From Octopus sinensis (lineage: Eukaryota), in contig NC_042998.1 of assembly GCF_006345805.1 (NCBI RefSeq), forward strand, positions 50,592,001 to 50,656,000: a stretch of DNA of 64,000 nt, in the 5' to 3' direction. The notes beneath the pieces are model-generated. The model did no database searches. It had not been told where the DNA came from and saw nothing but the letters and a program-made list of their open reading frames with translations. The translations under genes and the position numbers were made by a program. Shown in pieces: positions 54,731 to 64,000 of the stretch (position 1 is the first letter of the stretch; every line of letters begins with the position of its first letter).

Positions 54731-57700
54731 GTGCGGGCGTAGGTATATATTATCTCCTATAGTTACAGGAAATAAATATATTAAATCCATGAAAAACCTT
54801 TCTTCGCTTTTGTTTTTGATTTTGTTTTAATTTTTTTAATGTTGATTTACAGTTTTTTCTTATTCACGTTTTATGTATTCCAGTAAATACACAGTAGAGA
54901 TAGCAAATAGTGAACATGAAAAGCGAAGGTAGTTTATATTCATTCTGCATACTTACCCCCATAAATGATTCATATGCAGCGCTCATCTGCGCAGCAATGC
55001 AATGGCAGCAGGCTGTTTAGCAGCGATTGAAAGCAGCAGAGCACGTTGAAAGTACTTTCTTTCAAGAAAGCCATTTTTCAGAACAGTCACATGTATTTCC
55101 TCGTGCTGCCGAGTCGGGTTGATATAAAAAAAAAAAAAAAGGACAGCTCATTTCTGATGATGAGGAGGTGGTTGCAACGTCTGTGATAGCAGTTATGACG
55201 GCGTTTGTATGAGTACAACAGACGGCGTTAGTGCCCCCCCCCCCAACAACGATCCTTTAGTACAGGTACCATAAAATATTTTATGTACCCGTGTCGATAC
55301 ACTAAGACGGGGACACTTAACTAACACTGGCTTCAAGAAGATAGCTCACTGCCCTATGATTTAAAATATGAAACTTCGAAATAGACGCAGGAAGATTATA
55401 TGCTTTGCATTCCCCAGCCCTTTCTCTTTAGATGTCAAGACTAATGTATAGAATTCCTGGCCTTCATAGTTAAGCATTTCCCAGATAGCTACAGTTATAG
55501 AAATTTTTTAATGGACGTTCAATGAATGTTTCATTCAGTTGCTGTGCCAGCATTAAAATATTATCACACGCAGGTAACACCAGGCGCCTGCTTCAAGTTG
55601 TAACTGTAGAGTCCCAGAAACTTGCCCACTTGAGAAAGCATGTATAATTAGCTTAGTGGTGTACGGAGCTTAAGTCACATTAGTGCTCAAATATTATGAA
55701 ACTCAAAATGAAATGTACATTGGTATATGCGAAAGGGACTTTAAAAAGAAGGATATGCTAATCACCATTCTTCTTTCCAATATATAGACAAGAAAAAAAC
55801 CACCAAGGTTGCTAACCATATCTGGGACCGGGAGGCAAATAATACATCACACATCGTCATGTGGAGCATCGTGGAATGATCCACGCTATACGTTAATGGA
55901 TCAAAGAGATGCAAGGTTTACTTATCCGAAAGATCAATTCTTTTCAGATCTAAGAACTTACTGAGCAACTGAATTAGCATGCGATTCCGATTTTCAATTT
56001 TTCACCCTTCCATATTAATTTCTGGTTGAATATTTAGCTCGAAATGAATGTATGACTTTACCGATCCGAGTTACACGTGTTACATGATTAAGGTCTGCTT
56101 ATAGTTCTTTTCCGTCTCAGTGAATGTGGTTAGAACTTCAGCGGCTTAGTTCGCCTGAAGTTTTCGTTTGCACAGTTTATCTGTCTTTTATTTTTGTGGA
56201 AAATAAATAAATGGAAATTTTAAAAGAAGGTTGGACTAAATACGTGAAAACATTTAAGATATCTTGGCTAAAGAAGCTCTTATTTGTTAAATGGTTTCCT
56301 TAACTGATGAAAGATGGAAATTATATAGTAATATTAAACTGACAGAAGAGTTTACAGAGAAGATTTAAATCAGGCAGACTTAAATCAGGCAGAGAAGATA
56401 TATCATAAGTGAAACATAAAGAGATGTCCGTCAAGTCTATCTCATAAAAGAAGGAAAATAAACTTACTAAATTTAAGATATCATTTTAAAGTTTGTAAAA
56501 CTGACGTAAGTGTTCACAGAGGTCGCATAGGTCATTAAAATAGACAAAATATATCGAAAATATGACATCAGCAGATGAGCATCAAATCTATCTGGCAAAA
56601 GAATGATGATAATTTCTCTCTATCTGTATATATTGCAAAGTTATTCTTCTATTCATTTCATTGGTCATTTGAGTAAACTTTCGAAAGCAGAAATGCCGTC
56701 AACTTCTGGCACGAGCTCCTTTACTTTGCAGTTTTACAGAATTATGGGGCCGTGCTCTCCTCAAACTCATATCACTGGCCTTGGTTTGATGAACAAGTTA
56801 ATGATTCGAACATGACATCATTCTCTCTCATTAAAGAACAATAATCTGATATAACTTGTAAAAACAACATTTGTGTATCTGTGCTCGATGTCATAATGCT
56901 AAACGTAATAAGATTTCATCTCTGTTGACCAGTTTTTAACAACAAGCACCACATGAAGTTTTATATCAATATCACAAAGACTATTTTAGCAATTTTGGAA
57001 TTGAAGGAGTATTTTTCGATTGGCATGGGTAGGTTATCGATTCTAAGTAAACCTCATCACTCACTTTGATAAAGAATTATATCTCTCATATGATTCTTAT
57101 CAAATGTTTATAGCTTACAATTTGTCTCTTCTTATGCGAATTATTGCCTTCTAATATTATTTGATAAGAGAAAGCTACAGCTGGTTCCACAGAGTTTCAT
57201 TAATGAGAGTTATCTAGAGATTTACTGACTGATAAATAATAAGAAAGACACCTTTGAAAGGAACACAGGAGTTAGGAAAGTGTAATAATGTAAAGTGATT
57301 TTTACATCGGTGACTTTCTTTAACTTATTCCTCTTGTGATAAATATTTTTCAGAGCATTTATGTTCAATGGACCTTAACCCTATCAATAAGCTATACTTC
57401 ACACTCATCAAGCCAATACTAAATTAGTTTGCTGGGATTAATTTACTTTATCAGAACAGATTAATCAGATCAAAATGCAATGTATGTATTTTTCATATTG
57501 ACTGAGGAAAATTCAGCTTTGAAATGCTCGGAACTCTACAACCTGATCATGCAGTGCTTAATGGATTTCGGCCACGATGTTTCAACGCTTCTGATCTTTA
57601 ACAGATAAGGTTATGCTATAACCAACGTAAAGTTTCTAAATGTTCAACAAGACGTCCTAAATTTTTTGAATGACAACTTGCAAAGAGCTTCTTTCTTGCA

Positions 57701-58874
57701 ATCCTAATAATACTGAAACAAGCGAAGGATATGTCTCTTATCATACGCCTTGGCGACATGCGGTCATTATTTTAAAACCTTCCATTAATTCTAGCTGACC
57801 AATTTAAGCTGAGTGAAATTGAAGGCTAGTAGCATTAACTCATAACTATTGAGTGTTCAAATATTTGTGAGGGACAAATTCCAGCATCTAGATCTTCATT
57901 TTGGTCCAAGAATGTCTTAGAGAACCCGTACTCTTTAACCTTGCTGAGTTTGGAATGAAAATACACAGCTTACCAAATACTAATACCTTGTTTGCAGAGG
58001 TATTTTGAGAATAAGGTGTGAAAACTAAACGAAGAAATCAAATTAAGCTTAAGCTTTTGACAATAATCTTGAGTATTAGAACATGCCCTGGAGAACATAA
58101 GACTTGTTAGTTATTTTAACTTTCGCGTCTATGCTAAAGTAATTTTTTTTTTTCCGAATATACAAAAAGGGTCTTACTAATAGAAAAAATATACTTTTGA
58201 TTATCTTCAACTGAGAAGGCGTGGACATGTTGCAAATATAGGCCAGCATGCCTATTATCGTATTTTTAATTGAAAACATTAGCATTAACAATATTAATAA
58301 AGCCTTTCAAATTATATGGTGCACTCTATGTATTCAAAATGTATTACTCTGAAAGATATAACAATAAGTTCATAAAATATTGGTCATTTTTATATTTTTA
58401 TTATTATCACAACTTCGTTACTTTTAGTCTTTCAGCTTGTTATTTTCACCACTTCAAATCTGGCAGCCCCTTACATAACAAGTCTTAAAGACAACACTTA
58501 CAACGAAATTTTATTTAATATCTATCATTGATTAAAAATGTTTTGAAGCCAGTGAAAGAGAAAAAAAATAATGGTATGACTGAATTATACAGTATATATG
58601 TTTTCTGTTTTGACGAAAACATATTGTTTATGAAGGACATTATTAAGAAGAAATTGAAGAGAATTGGTGGCTACATGACAGCTTCCTTCAACTCTGCCAT
58701 GATCACCACCACCATCACCATCACCATTACCGTCAGCAGGTATGAGCAGTAGTACCAACAGAGTTGATTGCTAATTGTATAAATGAACTCTAATAAGGTT
58801 GTTTCGTGCGTATGTCAAAACAAATTGTATTTTGATATGATACATATTTAGTTTCATATATATTTTCTAAAAAT

Positions 58875-58917
<43 letters not shown>

Positions 58918-59974
58918 TATAGATTTTCTTACCAACGAAATTCTCTAGAGTTTGTTGGTTGTAATTATAGACACTTTACAACAACGAACAAAGTTTATAT
59001 AGAATTTGATATTGTCAGACGATGTCTACCTTCGAACAAAAGACTTGTCTATATTTTGATCGTACTTACATTTAAATATATTTTTCTCTCCAGCTCAAAC
59101 AACTAGCAATCAACTTCATTTTATTCTGAATAAATACTTGATTCTGCTATAAGGATTGCGGCCCTACTGGAGCACCACCTCAAAGGGTTTAATTCTATAA
59201 ATCGACACCTTACTCATTTTTAAGTCTCGTGCATGTTGTATCGGTCTCTTTTGAGAATTGGCCTACAGATGTAGCATTATTCTTTGAGACATTTTCATAT
59301 GGGTTCTGATTTCTTTGTGCTTGGATAGTGTTGGATCATCCCTCCCACGTTGCCAATAAAAACTATTTTGATCGCTGTAAATAGCTCGTTTGAACCTCAG
59401 TGATTTTGTGCGCGGCCTGTCGAAAATGCCGTGCCTTTTGTATAACAAGCGAAACTCACAATGCTGCAAGTCACCATATTTTTGATCTTTTATCATCTTT
59501 TATCTTGTTTCAGTCATTAGACTGCGGCCATGCTGGAGCACCGCCTTAAAGAATTTTTGGTCGAATGAATCGACCCCAGTACTTCTTTTCCTTAAGCCAG
59601 GTACTTATTCTATCGAGGTTTTTTTATTTGCTGAACCACTAAGTTACGGAGATGTAGACACACCAACACTGGTTGCCAAGCGATAGTGGGAGACAGACAC
59701 AAACTCAAAGACACGCACACACTCACACACACACGCGCACACATACACAGACAGACAGACAGATAGATAGATACGACGGGCTTCTTTCAGTTTCCCTCTA
59801 CCAAAACCACTCACAAGGTTGTGGTCGGCTCGAGGCTATAGTAGAAGACAATTGACCAAGGTGCCACGCAGTGAGTCTGAACCTGGAACCATGTGGTTGG
59901 GAAGCAACCTTCTTCCACCCATCCATCCATTTCCATCCATTCTCCAATTACTATTCTTGAGAGGTTCAGGGGCT

Positions 59975-60152
59975 AGAGTTCTCAATGATCCTATCAGTTT
60001 TCTCATAGGCTCCTATCAGAGTTCTCATAGGATCCTATCAGAGTTCTCAAAGGATCCTATCAGAGTTCTCATAGGATCCTATCAGAGTTCTCGTAGGTGC
60101 CTATCAGAGTTCTCGTAGGTGCCTATCAGAGTTCTCATAGGATCCTATCAGA
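59975..60152. repeat. 22-bp minisatellite, about 8 copies
   Basis: Unit GGATCCTATCAGAGTTCTCATA with variants such as GGTGCC..., ...CTCGTA. Confidence 0.92.
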
Positions 60153-60169
60153 AGCAATTGTCATTACAC

Positions 60170-60330
60170 TTTCCCTTTTGATTCTCAGGTAGGACCAACT
60201 AAGATTACAGATATTATCCAGTCACCCTGTTCTTGGCTTAATTCCAGGTCTCCATTAGTTGGTCCGACTTGAAGAACCCATCTTGCGATTCTTTCCTGCG
60301 ACATTCTTCTCACATAGCAGAGAACGTTGT
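60170..60330 (-). mobile_element. RTE (Expander/Rex3-like) LINE C-terminal remnant
   Basis: YVRRMSQERIARWVL then, frameshifted, RPGIKPRTG*LDNICNLSWSYLRI, similar to the RTE motif RPRGRPRTRW.D.I..L.W..LGI. Confidence 0.6.
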
Positions 60331-62149
60331 GTATAAATTTGAATGGGGGAGTAAAATACAGACATGCTATTACGGTAGTAGAATCCAATAGACGGCTTTC
60401 TAATTCTTTCGCAGCTACTACTTTTTGATATCCTACAGTAGATAACACAACGCTTATTACTCACCACTGAGCTTTTCGAAAGATAAATAGGAAACATTTA
60501 TTATTGATCCGAACCCAGAAAAAAAGATATTCACCTCAGGAAATCTTGTGCATCGATTTGTAAAGCAAACTGCATATAGTAAAGTTTGCCGTTATGTCAC
60601 ATACACCTGCAACCAACTGTGCCTTACTTGCTACGTCTGTTGTCTCATCTACAGTTATTGAATAAAACGCGCGTTGTATTATGTATGTTTCAATGATGTT
60701 TGGATAAGGTTAACAAAATCTTTTATATTGTCCAGAAACTGCCTTCTTTAATAAACTCATATACTCGAACAATCTTACTTTGTCTGGATTTAAAATTCAT
60801 GCGTCAGTCATTAGGCTAACACGCAGTTTGCCACTGTAAAAAGTGAAAGAAAGTCGTCGTAAAAAAATTCTAGTCAATTGCAACTGTATTCGTTATCATG
60901 CATTGTCATGCAAGCCACAGAATTGCCTTCTCGAAATTGCTTGTTGCTGGTTATTTTACATTAGTATGATGTACCTCAGCTGTTATTTCTGAAATAATTA
61001 ACATCACTATAAGGTATCACGATGAAGGAGTTCTGTATGCTTTTTAATGAACATTTGGTATATCATTGTCGTTACTTTCGGTCTCTATCACAATTTACTT
61101 TCATTTTTTAGGGCAATTTACCTTCACTTTTTTTATGACGGCAAACTGCATGTTAACCCAATCATTACACATTGTTAAACGAAACTTGCCTTCAGTATAT
61201 GGTTTCACTTTCTGTGGAATTAGCTCACACGTTTCATAACTTATTTGCACTAAGAAAGTATTTACATTATGAAAATAGATTACTGTTTGAATAAAGATTC
61301 TTTCAAAAGTGCTCGCTTGCCTAAACGGAAAACCTTTCAGTTTTTCGTGCTTGGTCAAACAGTGACGTTCAATATCCTACTTTTCATAAACTGCAACCGA
61401 ATACTTATCAATAAGATGCATGCTTTCCATTTACTTCTGCGGAAAAACAATTATCTGTTCATTGCATAAAGAACTTTCACCAGTAACCCCTACTTTTTTT
61501 ATTATTACTGGCCATTTCTGGCCATTGCAGGAAGGGTATTACTTTTATGCTGTTTACAATACTGATCTAGTCTTTAATAAAAATAAGCAAATGAACCGTA
61601 CACGTCGCCATCATTCAAAATAATTACACTTCAACTTGTAATGAGAGGATTGACAAACAACCTGCACAAAACTTAAATCTACACTGAGTATTTCATCAGC
61701 AATAAGCGAGTCTATTAAGAGAGAATAAATAACCACAATATCCTTCTTTCTTTCCTTTCTTTTGCGGAGGGGTGTAATGACAATTGCTAAATGATAAATA
61801 CTTGTAATAAAAGTCTGACTATTATGTTATCAATACATTTCGATTCTTGGTAAATATCACATGACAAACATCATGGGAAACGCGTCTAAGCATCGTGGAG
61901 TTTAATGCAACTGCTACGAAATAACTGTTTTCATGTGAAGGCTTAGACCGGTTTTTCTTTTCGTTTGGGTTTGCAGAAAAATTCCTCTGCGGGCAGTTTC
62001 TAATTTGAATGCGTAAGAAATTTCGTGTGGGCGGTAAGAAGATTGCTTCCCAACCACATTGTTGCGGGTTCAGTCTCACTGCGTGGCACCTTGGGTGAGT
62101 GCCTTCTACTAAAGTCTCGTGCCGACGAAAAACTGAAAGAAGCTCGTCG

Positions 62150-62206
<57 letters not shown>

Positions 62207-62238
62207 TGTGTGTGTAACTGCACGTACGCATGTTACTC

Positions 62239-62281
<43 letters not shown>

Positions 62282-62492
62282 GTCTATCTATCTAGAACAA
62301 ATAGTGAGGGATTATCAATCCGGGCAAAATACTCCATAAGCTCTCTGCGGGCACACTAGGCTAACAGCATTACTTAGAATAGAGAAGAACTCCAAGTAAT
62401 CTTTTGGTAGGGTCCAAAGTTATGGTTCATCACAAATATTGTAAATCCGTGGATGGGCACCAGACAAACTGGTTTTTATACAGGGTGATATA

Positions 62493-63075
62493 TAAGAAAC
62501 AACTTTAAAATAATGGTCATTACATATTCTTCCTTTATTGAAGCAAATTTAGCTTACAGCTGTTTCGTAACTGATAGCTTTACTCAGTTGGTTTATCGAT
62601 CAACTGAGGAAAATTGAGCGACAAAAAAAAATTAATGCTACTTTCGTCAGAACCATTTCTGGTTATAACAAGCAGAGCACTGGAGGAATGGCTATTGTTT
62701 GGGGGAAGGTGGGAGAAGAAGATGGAAATATTCAAGTTGAATAGAAAACAGAGGAAGACGGGTTACAGAGGAGTTGAAGTAGGTAAGGGGATGCTATAGG
62801 CATCACTTACCAGAAGTAGGGACATTGTAATGCCAAATTTGGAAGAGGGACAATAGCCATTCTTCCAAGTTCTCTGCTCGTTATAACCAGAAATGGCTCT
62901 GACGAAAGTAACATTAATTTTCTTAGGTCGTTCAATTTTCCTCAGCTGAACAATAGACCAATTGAGTAAACCAATCAATAATGAACCTATAATGACTACT
63001 GGAAACAGCTGTAAGCCAAATTTGCTCCGATAAAGGAAAAATATGTAGTGACCATTACTTTTAACTTGTTTCTTA
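62493..63075. repeat. Foldback element: ~205-225-bp inverted arms, ~150-bp spacer
   Basis: 62493-62698 versus the reverse complement of 62850-63075, aligned by eye at roughly 80-85% identity. Confidence 0.85.
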
Positions 63076-64000
63076 TCTATCTATTTATCTATATGTGTGT
63101 GTAAAAATATACGAACAAGTATTAGTACATACCCTAACAAAGCGAGTCTGCACGTCTATACACAAACACTTGCAGGTGTAGATTCGCCGGAAGTTGTTGT
63201 TGACAAACACCAGCAGTAATTTTATTCAGCTGAATACACGTCATTGATTGATTGAAATTATCGAAATACGACAACTTTAACACGAAATAACTTTGAAAAT
63301 ATAAACTTTTCTCAACAACACTAAGAGTAAAAGATGTTTTATATGACACATTCTACCAGTGTCCGAAGTTTGAAATTGTTTAGTTATAAAAAATTAATTT
63401 CTCGACCCAAGAAGTTTTTTTAAAGAGCTGAAATTTCAAAGGATCGGCATTTTTTGTCGAGACCCGAAATGAATTCGCTTACTAGTTCCACCTTGCAAAA
63501 TTTTTCTTGGAGGTCCTGTGTGTGAGTAATAGATAGAGAGAGGTAGTATATGTGGAGTAGATATTTAGATAAAATATAGTTGAAATAGAAAGAGTGCTTT
63601 GTATAAATAATTAATGCAAATAGACGCAGCCTGTATTAGTTATACTGCTAAAACATCTTTATAGATACATTTGTATATGTTGATATGCAGGCCGTTCTCG
63701 TCCTAATGAGTTAATTCACTTCTAATTATCACTCGTTATTCGAGAGCTCATAAAGCAACTGGTATTTTCTCATAGTAATATAATAATCGTGACTTTGGTT
63801 CCAATCAAAAATTTTCAGCCAATTTCTTTTTTGAAAACGAACAAAAGAAACACAAACGAATTATTATGATTAGCAGCTAATTAAAAATCTACTCACATTT
63901 AAGCAAAAAAGGAAGAAAAGAAAGGAAATAAAAATTTCAAAATAAAACGAGAAGTATTTTTTTCACTGAAACTTTAATTAACGTTCATAGTCCATTTTTG

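Noticed and set aside
54949-54957. ATACTTACC, matching the U1 snRNA 5' end
   Set aside because: No further U1 sequence follows; it is better read as a minus-strand splice donor.
56303-56330. CTGATGA...GAAA spacing
   Set aside because: No helix II or helix I pairing.
59975-60152. CRISPR-like periodic repeat
   Set aside because: No unique spacers, eukaryotic context, no cas genes.

Overview
AT-rich, microsatellite-dense eukaryotic non-coding DNA, most likely an octopus (cephalopod) intron or intergenic region. This is inferred from its tRNA-derived SINE families, not from a marker gene. No host protein-coding exon can be supported, and most listed ORFs are microsatellite translations. The window is a nest of transposable elements: a near-intact irritans-type mariner (29.1-30.4 kb), a young 5'-truncated CR1/L2-group LINE (48.5-51.7 kb), and remnants of R4/Dong, RTE, Penelope-like (PLE), Helitron, Chapaev3 and mariner elements. 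It also holds hAT- and piggyBac-type MITEs and many SINEs. The most notable signal is about 9 hammerhead-ribozyme (HHR)-like motifs from several unrelated sequence families, all read by eye on the minus strand. They sit in 200-600 bp modules, most bounded by (TA)n tracts or folded into inverted repeats, which suggests PLE pseudo-LTR or retrozyme-like mini-elements. The three best (52258-52326, 28730-28795, 831-875) keep a full CUGAUGA/GAAA/NUH core. Other oddities are a 6.8 kb nested inverted-repeat structure, a locally templated inverted duplication, SINEs that insert into themselves at a fixed junction, and a very recent tandem amplification. All calls come from manual reading and translation; no searches or folding programs were run.
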